DNA of 8,027 bases from a virus (Duplodnaviria; Heunggongvirae; Uroviricota; Caudoviricetes), in the IMG/VR virus record IMGVR_UViG_2537562091_000006. The stretch is one strand, 5' to 3'. The notes under the pieces were generated by a model. The model was given only the letters and a program-made list of their open reading frames with translations. It was not told the DNA's origin and did not search any database. The translations under genes were made by a program, and so were the position numbers. Shown here piece after piece: positions 1 through 7,556 of the stretch (positions are counted from its first letter, which is position 1; each line of letters starts with the position of its first letter).

Positions 1-144
1 TTAATTTCGATTATTTTTCCCGGATGGAAAATTCTTAGAAACCGATCACATACAGCTGCATTTATTAAGGTTATCATCCGTTTCGCTGAAAAACATAACC
101 CATAAAATGCTAGCTGTACCAGGAACCACCTCCTTAGCCTGTGT

Positions 145-171
145 AATCTCCCTTACACGGGCTTATTTTTT
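145..171. other. Phage attachment-site core, P2 type (attP or prophage att junction)
   Basis: Plus strand reads AATCTCCCTTACACGGGCTTATTTTTT; its reverse complement AAAAAATAAGCCCGTGTAAGGGAGATT matches the 27-nt P2 att core as I remember it. Position immediately beyond ogr fits P2 organisation (ogr-att). Recalled from memory, not searched. Confidence 0.55.
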
Positions 172-235
172 ACGCGTAATACAATGAAATAAAAGGATTT
201 ATTTCTGGTCACGTCCACACATTGACCACATCGAC

Positions 236-259
236 AAAAAAGCCCCTCGACTGAGGGGC
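236..259 (-). terminator. Rho-independent terminator downstream of ogr
   Basis: Minus strand reads GCCCCTC-AGTC-GAGGGGC followed by TTTTTT (stem 242-248 / 253-259, T-tract 236-241), starting 14 nt after the ogr stop codon. On the plus strand no U-tract follows the stem, so it acts on the minus strand. Confidence 0.7.
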
Positions 260-272
260 TTCCTGTTTGTAA

Positions 273-491
273 TTACATCCACATAATTTGCTGCCCTGAC
301 GGCAACGGGTGCGGTCTAACGGCGTGGACTTCTCCCGGCTTCACGATGTATCGCTGTACCGACTCATAAGTGATGAACGTGGCGCTGCAATTCACGTTCT
401 GACACTGGTGATAACGCTCTTTTGTCGTGTCAGTGATATAGCGACTTGTACGCGCATGTGCGGCATGCTGGCATAAAGGACAATGAAACAT
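273..491 (-). CDS. ogr: Ogr late transcription activator, zinc-finger protein (72 aa)
   Basis: Translation MFHCPLCQHAAHARTSRYITDTTKERYHQCQNVNCSATF... has the Cys4 motif C-x2-C-x22-C-x4-C and the 72-aa length of P2 Ogr. Start chosen at the internal Met (codon 45 of the 116-aa track ORF) because GGAAGAGG lies about 8 nt upstream and the longer ORF would overlap D by 50 nt. Confidence 0.85.
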   Translation of the reverse strand: MFHCPLCQHAAHARTSRYITDTTKERYHQCQNVNCSATFITYESVQRYIVKPGEVHAVRPHPLPSGQQIMWM

Positions 492-525
492 CGCGAGCAC
501 CTCTTCCGGTTTTGTTGATGGTGCC

Positions 526-554
526 ATTTTAGTTAATTTATCCTTATAAAACAA
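526..554 (-). promoter_or_regulatory. Putative sigma70 promoter for ogr
   Basis: Minus strand TTGTTT (549-554) - 17 nt - TAAAAT (526-531) in the AT-rich 82-bp D-ogr gap, about 35 nt upstream of the ogr ATG. Prediction by eye only. Confidence 0.3.
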
Positions 555-573
555 ACAGATAAAATAAAACAGA

Positions 574-1737
574 TCACTCATTATCTTCTGTTTCGTACTC
601 CACATCAGAAAGCCTGACCTCAAGCTCTAAGGACGTCGTGAAGCCGCTATTATTCAGAAAATGTGTCACCTTAGTGATTGTCCAGTTCTGCTCGTCTATG
701 ACGCGCTTAAAGCCTGACACTTTGACCGGCGTTTCCGTGTAAATATCTGCACGACCGGTAGCCAGGATGATGGAGAACTCCGCAACGCCCCGTTGCAGTT
801 TATCCCACTTCGCCTGAGCGGCGCGCATGGCCTGCGCTTTTGTGGCATATACCGTAGTCAGGGCAAAAACGTTGTCAGCTTCACCGGCCATGTATTCACC
901 TTCGCGCGCTTCAGGTACTTTTGGCGCTTTCTTCTGCGTGACTGGTTTTGCTTTCGGGTGCTCCAGTGCACGCAGGTGTTTTTCTTTCTTTTTGCGTTTC
1001 AGTTTTACCTTCTGCTTTTGTGGTTTCGGGTCTTTGGTGTGTAACCACTTTGCCGTTACGCCGGTATAGGCTCCACGGTCAGCAATCGCAAAATGATGAC
1101 GGTCGCCGTCGCTGCGGGTGATGGTAATCTGCGGGATTTTTTTACCGCTGGCCGTCACCCCCTGCCCCGCTTTGAGAAACAGCAGTTTTCCCATTTTTAC
1201 CGACACCTCGCCGCCGTTGCGTTCAGCAAGACGGGTCAGGAATTTCAAATCGGACTCCTGCGACTGGTCGATGTGCGGGATTTTAATTCCGGCCAGTGAC
1301 GGAGCGACACTGGCTTCCAGCTTATTACGGGAGGCTATCGCCTCAACAATCGCACCGAGCGTGGTGTCATGCCATGAGCCTTCACGGCGGGAATTGAGCG
1401 TCCCGCGAAAATCTGCACTCCGGGCGCGGATGGTGACCACATCCGGTGCGCCCCGGTGTTCAACCTCATCAACGGTAAATTTCCCTTTGCATACCAGGGC
1501 AAAACCTTTCCAGCCGATATACACCGTCAGGACAGCGCCACGAACCGGCAGCCCGACCTGCCCGTCGGCATCGTTCAGTTCAATATCAAGCTGGTCAGCC
1601 TCAAAGCCCCGGTTATCCGTCAGGGTCATGCTCATCAGACGGTCGCTGATATTGCCGGTAATATCCCTGCTGTCGAGCATCAGCATGTAATCCGGCGTCA
1701 GCGTACTGCCTGCATCAAATGTCAGCGCATCCAGCAT
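574..1737 (-). CDS. D: Tail protein D (phage late control D family, 387 aa)
   Basis: 387-aa ORF in the position and with the length of P2 gpD, between U and ogr. Start ATG overlaps the U stop (TAATG). Contains a Lys-rich low-complexity stretch at residues ~235-278. Confidence 0.85.
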   Translation of the reverse strand: MLDALTFDAGSTLTPDYMLMLDSRDITGNISDRLMSMTLTDNRGFEADQLDIELNDADGQVGLPVRGAVLTVYIGWKGFALVCKGKFTVDEVEHRGAPDVVTIRARSADFRGTLNSRREGSWHDTTLGAIVEAIASRNKLEASVAPSLAGIKIPHIDQSQESDLKFLTRLAERNGGEVSVKMGKLLFLKAGQGVTASGKKIPQITITRSDGDRHHFAIADRGAYTGVTAKWLHTKDPKPQKQKVKLKRKKKEKHLRALEHPKAKPVTQKKAPKVPEAREGEYMAGEADNVFALTTVYATKAQAMRAAQAKWDKLQRGVAEFSIILATGRADIYTETPVKVSGFKRVIDEQNWTITKVTHFLNNSGFTTSLELEVRLSDVEYETEDNE

Positions 1738-2216
1738 TATCCCGCCTCCGTCATACCCGTGAATCTGGTCGCCATACTGCCAGCCTTACCGATGAGCGAC
1801 TCCGCCTGTTTACCGATATCGCCATAAAGCGCGGCCAGTGATTCATCCACGCGGGTGAGCGACAGCGTAAAATCAATTTTCCGGGGTGTGCCGTCTGCAA
1901 AGAAAATACTCCCTGTTTCACTCACCCTGCTGATGACATACATGCCGTAAATCATGCCGGAGCCATCCAGCAACGGCCACGCCCGGCCTTCCTCTGCCAT
2001 CAGTCTGAGCGTGGTCATCGTCAGCTTGCCGCCGGTCAGTTCGGGATAAAGCACACCGGCAAGCGTGATGTTTTCCTCGCCAACACCGAGAAACTGAAAG
2101 GCATCCCGTTTACCGATACGGGAATTTGACGGCCAGCGATAATCTGATTCACGCTGCATGGTCTGGTGTGGCAGCGTCTGGCGCATAAAAACAAACATAC
2201 CTAACGCGAGCATCAT
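1737..2216 (-). CDS. U: Tail protein U (159 aa)
   Basis: 159-aa ORF matching P2 gpU in length and position. AAGGAGGTG Shine-Dalgarno sits just upstream of the start at 2216. Stop overlaps the D start. Confidence 0.85.
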   Translation of the reverse strand: MMLALGMFVFMRQTLPHQTMQRESDYRWPSNSRIGKRDAFQFLGVGEENITLAGVLYPELTGGKLTMTTLRLMAEEGRAWPLLDGSGMIYGMYVISRVSETGSIFFADGTPRKIDFTLSLTRVDESLAALYGDIGKQAESLIGKAGSMATRFTGMTEAG

Positions 2217-2230
2217 TTTTCGTCACCTCC

Positions 2231-4678
2231 TTAACCGTCATGCATCATGCTGGCACGGGCGCGCGCACGTTTATCCCGCTCGTATTTTTCGAGCGCATCC
2301 TGTAACTGGCGGTCAAGCTGTGTCCCCGGCGCAGTACCACCCGTCAGGCTGATGTGATATTCGTTTTTACTCTGGTCCACATAAGAGCGGCCAGCCGGTG
2401 CCGTGACCGGCTGATAAGCCTGATAGCCTGCATAAGAGCTGGTCGCCGGAATATAACCACCGGTGCCATACGTGGCGGCATGAGTTCTGGCGGCGGTCTG
2501 GTCAAGTGTGTCTGACTCTTTGTTGATGACCCCGAGCTTTTCCAGTACCCAGTCAATACCGCTGCGCAGTTTGTTGAACGCATTAAGCGGCAGCATCAGC
2601 GCGTCAGCCAGTGCCTGCCCGAACATGACGCCCGTGTCACGGCAACGGTTCAGGGTGTCCTGTGTGGCTTTGACCGGGGCAATCAGGTTTTTAAACCACT
2701 GCCACGCGGCCTGTAACTTTTCGCCCAGCCAGTCAAACACCGGTTTCAGTGGCGTGAACAGCTCCCCCACCGGCGCAAATGCCGCTTTCAGCCCTTCCAC
2801 CACACCGCCAAAGAATGCGCTGACAGGCTCCCAGTATTTACGGATAAGCAACGCCCCGGCGACAATGGCGGCCACCACGGCCACAACCGGCCAGCTAATC
2901 GCCCCGATGGCCGTCATAACAGCACTGCCAACCGTCATGAAGATTGCCCCCATTGCGCCTGCTGCCGCGATAATGGCATTAATGCCGGTGATAACCGGCC
3001 ATGCTACAAGACCAATGGCACCGATGATGCCAATAAGCGCCAGCGCGCCACCGACAATGAGGCCGATGGTTGACGCCAGTGATTTGTTTTTCTGGATCCA
3101 GCCGTCGAGTTTTAACACATACTTTGTGGCCGTCTGAGTGAGTTTACGCAGTGCGCCTTCCTGCTGGTCAAACAGGTCTGTCCCCACCGCCTCATAAGCG
3201 GACTGAAACTCCTTAAAGTCACCGCCGAGGTTGTCCTGCATGATATTTACCAGCTCGGCGGTCTTCCCGTCTGAGGCTTTAAACGCAGCGGTCAGTTTGT
3301 CCAGCTTTCCGGTTGAGGCGGCAGTCATCAGCACGGCGGCGGCTGAGCTGGCCTCCTCCCCGAAAATGGTTTTCATGTATTCAGCCTGCTGGGCAGTACC
3401 GAGCCGATTTTTCTCAAAACTGGCCTGCATTTCTTTCAGAATGGTAAATATTGGTCGGGTGTTTCCCTTGCTGTCTGAGGTTTTCACACCAAGCTCTTTC
3501 AGTGCATCCCATGCTTTTCCCGTCGGTGCCTGCAGGCGGCTTAACACGGCACGGCTTCCCGTCCCCGCCATTGAACCGGTAATTTTTGCATCATGCAGCG
3601 CCCCGACCATTGCGGCGGTTTCTTCAATGCTGACACCGGCATTTTTTGCCACAGGTGCGGCATAGGTCAGCGCATCGCTCATGCCGTCAAAATCGGCGGC
3701 GGTTTTGTTCATCGTCATGGAGAGAACATCCCCGATATGAGCGACCTTATCGTTTGAAAGCTGAAAGGCGGATTTCATCCCCATCAACAGGGCGGCGTTT
3801 TCTTCCATCGTGCGACGGTTCGCCAGCGCCATATTCAGCGTGACCGGCGTTGCCGCCTGAATGGCATCAACATCCCCACCGGCTTTCGCAATGATAATCT
3901 GCGCACCGGCTGCATCATCCGCCGAGGCGGCGGTGTTGTCGCCGAGCTGGCGCGCCTGTTTGCGTAATGCGGCCATTTCGGCGGAGTCTTTTGCCGCACC
4001 GAGCACAGCCTGCAATTCTGAGTTTTTCTGCGCAAACTCATAACCGGGCATCAGCAGCTTAACTCCGGCCATCGTTCCCGCAGCAGCTATCCCCACACCG
4101 GCAGCGCCCACTGAGGCCATATTTCCGGCCAGTTCCTTTCCGGCCTGATAACGCTGTTTTACTGCGTTAAGTTTTGCCTGTTGTGCACTGACACGCGCCA
4201 GTGCGTCACGCTGACGGTTAAGCTGTGCGGTGGTTTCACTGATACGGTTTTTCAGTCCCTGCTCATCATGTGCAAGATTGCGGGTATTAATTCCCACAGC
4301 GGCCAGTTCCCGCTGCTGGCGTTTAACGGAGTCCGTCAGGCGGTTATATTTCGCCTGTAAGTCCTCCGCCGCACGCTTTGCGGATTCCAGCACTTTCGCC
4401 TGAGCACGGGTCGGACGTTCGGTGTTTTTAAACTGTGTGGCAAGGGCTTCGGCCTCCTGCCGTGCCTTTTCAAGTGCATGACCAGTCACGGCGAGCTGTG
4501 CACTGGTCTTGCGAAATCCCTCAATACGGGATGCCTGACCGTTCAGCTCGCGCAGTGATTTTTGTGTTTCCCGGATATCCCCCGACAGCGATTTGCTCGC
4601 TGTGCGGATGGATTTAAACGGGCGGGATGCCTGGTCAACAGCCCTGAGCAATACCTGTAATTTTACATTGTTACTCAT
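2231..4678 (-). CDS. T: Tail tape measure protein T (815 aa)
   Basis: 815-aa ORF, the P2 gpT length. N-terminal ~190 residues are Q/R/A/E/L-rich (coiled-coil-like), followed by a long Gly/Ala/Ile-rich hydrophobic block (residues ~534-616). ATG at 4676-4678 overlaps the E+E' stop. Lies directly after the frameshifted chaperone pair, the typical tape-measure position. Confidence 0.9.
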   Translation of the reverse strand: MSNNVKLQVLLRAVDQASRPFKSIRTASKSLSGDIRETQKSLRELNGQASRIEGFRKTSAQLAVTGHALEKARQEAEALATQFKNTERPTRAQAKVLESAKRAAEDLQAKYNRLTDSVKRQQRELAAVGINTRNLAHDEQGLKNRISETTAQLNRQRDALARVSAQQAKLNAVKQRYQAGKELAGNMASVGAAGVGIAAAGTMAGVKLLMPGYEFAQKNSELQAVLGAAKDSAEMAALRKQARQLGDNTAASADDAAGAQIIIAKAGGDVDAIQAATPVTLNMALANRRTMEENAALLMGMKSAFQLSNDKVAHIGDVLSMTMNKTAADFDGMSDALTYAAPVAKNAGVSIEETAAMVGALHDAKITGSMAGTGSRAVLSRLQAPTGKAWDALKELGVKTSDSKGNTRPIFTILKEMQASFEKNRLGTAQQAEYMKTIFGEEASSAAAVLMTAASTGKLDKLTAAFKASDGKTAELVNIMQDNLGGDFKEFQSAYEAVGTDLFDQQEGALRKLTQTATKYVLKLDGWIQKNKSLASTIGLIVGGALALIGIIGAIGLVAWPVITGINAIIAAAGAMGAIFMTVGSAVMTAIGAISWPVVAVVAAIVAGALLIRKYWEPVSAFFGGVVEGLKAAFAPVGELFTPLKPVFDWLGEKLQAAWQWFKNLIAPVKATQDTLNRCRDTGVMFGQALADALMLPLNAFNKLRSGIDWVLEKLGVINKESDTLDQTAARTHAATYGTGGYIPATSSYAGYQAYQPVTAPAGRSYVDQSKNEYHISLTGGTAPGTQLDRQLQDALEKYERDKRARARASMMHDG

Positions 4679-5098
4679 TCGTGTTTCCGCTTCGCCGGAG
4701 CGCCTTTTCGCGCCATGTGATGAGTTCGGTCAGGCTCATGGGATACAGTTCTGATGGCGGCCAGTGAAATATCACTGCCACATCCGCCATCAGGTCATCG
4801 ACCGAGAGATTTTTCGGAAACGTCACTGCACCGAGTTCGGCGACAAAAAACCGACCACCTTACCGGCCAGCGCCACAAGGTCAGGCAGTTCCAGTGCGGC
4901 GACTTCCTGCTCGGTCAGCATCGGTGCAGTCATGCGCGGCAGCACCTTAATCAGTGCATCGACTTCGGAGTTCGCGACCGCAGCCAGACTGACACCGCGC
5001 AGCGTCCCGGCGTTAGGTTTCATCAGCGTGACCTGTTCGATAACCTGCTCACCACGTTTGACCGGATTGTCCAGGGTAATGACGTTTTCTTTGTTCAT
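4671..5098 (-). CDS. Tail assembly chaperone E+E' (142 aa, made by -1 programmed frameshift at 4844-4850)
   Basis: After a -1 shift on T TTT TTG the minus strand reads ...VAELGAVTFPKNLSVDDLMADVAVIFHWPPSELYPMSLTELITWREKALRRSGNTNE* with stop TAA at 4671-4673, overlapping the T start. 85 + 57 = 142 aa, the P2 E+E' length. The -1 frame is open for exactly this stretch. Confidence 0.8.
4823..5098 (-). CDS. E: Tail assembly chaperone E (91 aa, zero-frame product)
   Basis: 91-aa ORF ending ...AGKVVGFLSPNSVQ*, located between FII and T as in P2. Contains the slippery heptamer near its 3' end. Confidence 0.85.
   Translation of the reverse strand: MNKENVITLDNPVKRGEQVIEQVTLMKPNAGTLRGVSLAAVANSEVDALIKVLPRMTAPMLTEQEVAALELPDLVALAGKVVGFLSPNSVQ
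4844..4850 (-). other. -1 programmed ribosomal frameshift slippery heptamer (T TTT TTG)
   Basis: Minus strand GGT TTT TTG in the E zero frame (plus strand CAAAAAA at 4844-4850), 8 codons before the E stop. It is exactly where the E' reading frame opens. Confidence 0.8.
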
Positions 5099-5126
5099 GG
5101 TTTTCTCACTTCTGAATCGGGGTTAA

Positions 5127-5147
5127 CCGGTCAGCCAGGCTGACCGG
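5127..5147 (-). promoter_or_regulatory. GC-rich perfect hairpin in the FII-E intergenic region (possible attenuator or mRNA processing/stability element)
   Basis: CCGGTCAGCC-A-GGCTGACCGG is a perfect 10-bp inverted repeat in the 56-bp gap between the FII stop (5155) and the E start (5098). No U-tract follows on the transcribed strand, so it is not a canonical intrinsic terminator. Confidence 0.4.
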
Positions 5148-5154
5148 ATGAAAA

Positions 5155-5673
5155 TCACAGGCCGATATTGCGGCGGTGTTGCTCCAGCCGGTCGACGCCG
5201 TTCACCTTCTCAATCATGTTGATGGTGTCAATTTCGACCAGCTCCTTACCGTCCATCGTCAGCCGGAAATAGGTGCAGACCACGGAGATTTTCGACTCGG
5301 TGTCTTCTCCCTGTTTACCCTCGCCGGTGTCGATTTCTTTCTGACGTCCACGCATGACCACCTCGACGGCCACCGTTTCGCCGGTATCGTCACGCTGGTA
5401 AGAGCCTGCAAAACGAATCGGTACGGCATCCACACCGGTTGCGGCGTAAAGTTCCCAGATAACCGAATCCGGGAAGCCCCCGAGCGACCACTCCATTGAC
5501 AGCGCATCGTCATCAAGGCCGAGGTCTACCGGTGCGCTGCCGTTCATCCCCGCACCGCGATAGTTTTCGAGCTTACGGGTCAGTTTTGGCAGCGTGACGG
5601 ACTTTGCAACGCCCTGATAGCTGTAGCCGTTCAGAAAGACGTTCATTAACTTGAGTTTGCGCGGCATTGCCAT
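5155..5673 (-). CDS. FII: Tail tube protein FII (172 aa)
   Basis: 172-aa ORF directly downstream of the sheath gene, with the P2 gpFII length. AAGGAG Shine-Dalgarno precedes the ATG at 5673. Confidence 0.85.
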   Translation of the reverse strand: MAMPRKLKLMNVFLNGYSYQGVAKSVTLPKLTRKLENYRGAGMNGSAPVDLGLDDDALSMEWSLGGFPDSVIWELYAATGVDAVPIRFAGSYQRDDTGETVAVEVVMRGRQKEIDTGEGKQGEDTESKISVVCTYFRLTMDGKELVEIDTINMIEKVNGVDRLEQHRRNIGL

Positions 5674-5685
5674 CGGTCAGGCTCC

Positions 5686-6876
5686 TTAATTGCTGTTAAC
5701 CGAGGTGACCAGATTTGCCAGGTATTTATCGGTAATACGCTGGCGCAGGGTCAGGTTTTCAAGAGGAGGCACCGGTGTATAGTCGTAGTCGATATACAGT
5801 TTTCCGGCCTTGAGGGTTTCCGCATCGTTGGATTCTTCGCTGAACCAGCAGGTCGCATCCACGATATAGCCGTTTGTTTTCAGCTCACGGAATTTGGCAT
5901 TGATGCCGTCAACAATGTCGCGAATCAGCGTTGCGGTGATGGGCTTGTCCACCGCCCACATGTGCGCCTCAGCCATCGTGTCGGCCAGCACCTGCGCGGT
6001 GCGGGTGTAGTTTTCAAAGAGGAACAGCGGGTCATCAGAGCAGGTACGGTTACCCCAGAAGCGGAAACCGTCGCGGCGAATCAGCGTTGTGACGCCTGAC
6101 TCGTTAAGCAGGTCAGCATCGGTGCCGGACTCCTGCAAATCCCAGAATACAGATGCGCTGATACCGGTAGCACCGTTTACCCCGACGTTGGACAGCGTTT
6201 TATGCCAGCCCTGCTCCTGGTCGATTTTAGCGCGCAGACCCAGCGCACGGGCAGTGGCATACGCGGTGGCGGTGGTACTGGTGACCGTATCCCATGCGAG
6301 GAAATCCGGCCAGATGACCATCAGCTCACGCTGGCTGAAATTCTGGCGGTAGGCTTTCACCTCGGAAATGGTCTTACAGCCCCATGCGCTGATATATCCG
6401 AAAGCGCGCAGCTTCTGACAGACGGATGCCAGTGCAACAGCCACCTCTTTGGTATCCAGTCCCGGCACACCGAGAATACGCGGTTTAACACCGGTTACCG
6501 ACTCCGCCGCCAGCAGGGCTTTCAGTCCGGTGTACTGACCGTTTTCGTCGGTGGTGCCGATGATATTGGAAACGGTCTGCGCGAGTTTCGTTTCCTCGTC
6601 ATCACCGGTGCCGTCTTCCACGCGCACGACAACGGTGACCGGTTTTGACTGGTCAGCGATGGCCTGCAACGATGCCGCCAGCGTGCCTTTTTTACCGGCC
6701 TTTGCAATTGCGCTCTGCACATTGGTAATCAGCACAGGTTTATTGAGGGGGAAGGTTTCCGCATCCGCATCGCTGGCCGTGCAGACCATGCCGACAATGG
6801 CAGTGGATACGGTGGAAATGACGCGGGTGCCGTCGTTAATCTCCAGCACCTGCACGCCGTGATGATAGTCACTCAT
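5686..6876 (-). CDS. FI: Contractile tail sheath protein FI (396 aa)
   Basis: 396-aa ORF (P2 gpFI length) at the head of the FI-FII-E-T-U-D operon. GGAG lies about 10 nt upstream of the ATG. Confidence 0.85.
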   Translation of the reverse strand: MSDYHHGVQVLEINDGTRVISTVSTAIVGMVCTASDADAETFPLNKPVLITNVQSAIAKAGKKGTLAASLQAIADQSKPVTVVVRVEDGTGDDEETKLAQTVSNIIGTTDENGQYTGLKALLAAESVTGVKPRILGVPGLDTKEVAVALASVCQKLRAFGYISAWGCKTISEVKAYRQNFSQRELMVIWPDFLAWDTVTSTTATAYATARALGLRAKIDQEQGWHKTLSNVGVNGATGISASVFWDLQESGTDADLLNESGVTTLIRRDGFRFWGNRTCSDDPLFLFENYTRTAQVLADTMAEAHMWAVDKPITATLIRDIVDGINAKFRELKTNGYIVDATCWFSEESNDAETLKAGKLYIDYDYTPVPPLENLTLRQRITDKYLANLVTSVNSN

Positions 6877-6935
6877 CCGTTTAACTCCGTGGTTAATGGG
6901 TGAGTGATATTTTCAGTTGTGCCGGAGATGTCAGG

Positions 6936-7529
6936 CTATTTGTCCCGGTTGGCTAAGGGATGACACAATTTATTTTTTGTCACGGAGGCGGGGAATTTTT
7001 TATAGAGCGTGGACAGGCCAATATCAAAAATCAGTGCCACGCGTTGACGTGATTCCCCTGCAGCCAGCAAACGCCCGGCCTGCTCCCACTCACTCGCGGT
7101 GAGTTTCGGACGTCTGCCACCAATACGACCTTTGGCTCTGGCCGCTTCCAGTCCGGCGCGTGTCCGCTCGACAATGAGTTCTCGTTCCATTTCGGCCAGG
7201 GCACCCATCACATGAAAGAAAAAACGCCCCATCGGCGTGCTGGTATCAATAGCATCCGTCAGGCTGCGAAAATTAACGCCGCGTTCGCGCAGCTCCTCAA
7301 CCAGAATGACCAGATGCCGCATACTACGCCCCAGCCGGTCCAGCTTCCAGACTACCAGTGTATCCCCCTCCGATAATGTCCTGAGCAGTTTTTTCAGTCC
7401 CGGCCTGTCGGACTTCGTGCCGCTGATTTTGTCCTCAAAAATCAGCTCACATCCTGCGCACTCCAGCGCGTTACGCTGCAATTCCGTATTCTGGTCATTT
7501 GTTGACACGCGTACATAGCCAATAAGCAT
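6936..7529 (-). CDS. Serine DNA invertase, Hin/Gin/Cin/Pin family (site-specific recombinase, resolvase/invertase fold)
   Basis: N-terminus MLIGYVRVSTNDQNTELQRNAL carries the catalytic-Ser motif, followed by DTLVVWKLDRLGRS, MGRFFFHVMGALAEMERELIVERT and a C-terminal HTH (GLSTLYKKF); about 197 aa. Strong resemblance to Hin/Gin. Start taken at the second ATG (7529), which has GGGGG about 6 nt upstream; the track ORF starts 2 codons earlier at 7535. Confidence 0.85.
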   Translation of the reverse strand: MLIGYVRVSTNDQNTELQRNALECAGCELIFEDKISGTKSDRPGLKKLLRTLSEGDTLVVWKLDRLGRSMRHLVILVEELRERGVNFRSLTDAIDTSTPMGRFFFHVMGALAEMERELIVERTRAGLEAARAKGRIGGRRPKLTASEWEQAGRLLAAGESRQRVALIFDIGLSTLYKKFPASVTKNKLCHPLANRDK

Positions 7530-7556
7530 GAGCATCCCCCTGAATAAAAACCGGAG

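Noticed and set aside
1-105. Possible 3' end of an integrase gene on the plus strand (open frame 1-102)
   Set aside because: The 34-residue translation (…LISIIFPGWKILRNRSHTAAFIKVIIRFAEKHNP) has no tyrosine and no tyrosine-recombinase C-terminal motif. More likely flanking or arm DNA, though this needs a database check.
273-623. 116-aa minus-strand ORF (N-terminally extended Ogr) overlapping the 3' end of D
   Set aside because: The extension has no RBS, overlaps D by 50 nt, and the putative ogr promoter -10 lies inside it. The internal Met with a GGAAGAGG RBS gives the canonical 72-aa zinc-finger Ogr.
793-6862. Many plus-strand and nested ORFs inside D, U, T, E, FII and FI (e.g. 1118-1690, 2508-3137, 3231-3665, 4754-5143, 5176-5499, 6202-6648, plus minus-strand 2344-2583, 3835-4041, 5259-5516, 6522-6722)
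   Set aside because: They lie antisense to, or out of frame within, well-supported tail genes. Their translations are low-complexity or Cys/Phe/Arg-biased, as expected of shadow ORFs in GC-rich coding DNA, and none has a convincing RBS.
6877-7060. Canonical TGT-N12-ACA Ogr-binding dyad upstream of FI
   Set aside because: I could not find an exact TGT-N12-ACA arrangement in the ~180 bp upstream of FI. Only the TGACA-N12-TGTCA dyad at 6961-6982 is present, so it is reported as a tentative finding rather than a feature.
6917-7518. Plus-strand ORFs 6917-7102 and 7237-7518 overlapping the invertase
   Set aside because: Antisense shadow ORFs within the invertase gene, with Ser/Arg-rich translations and no recognisable motifs.
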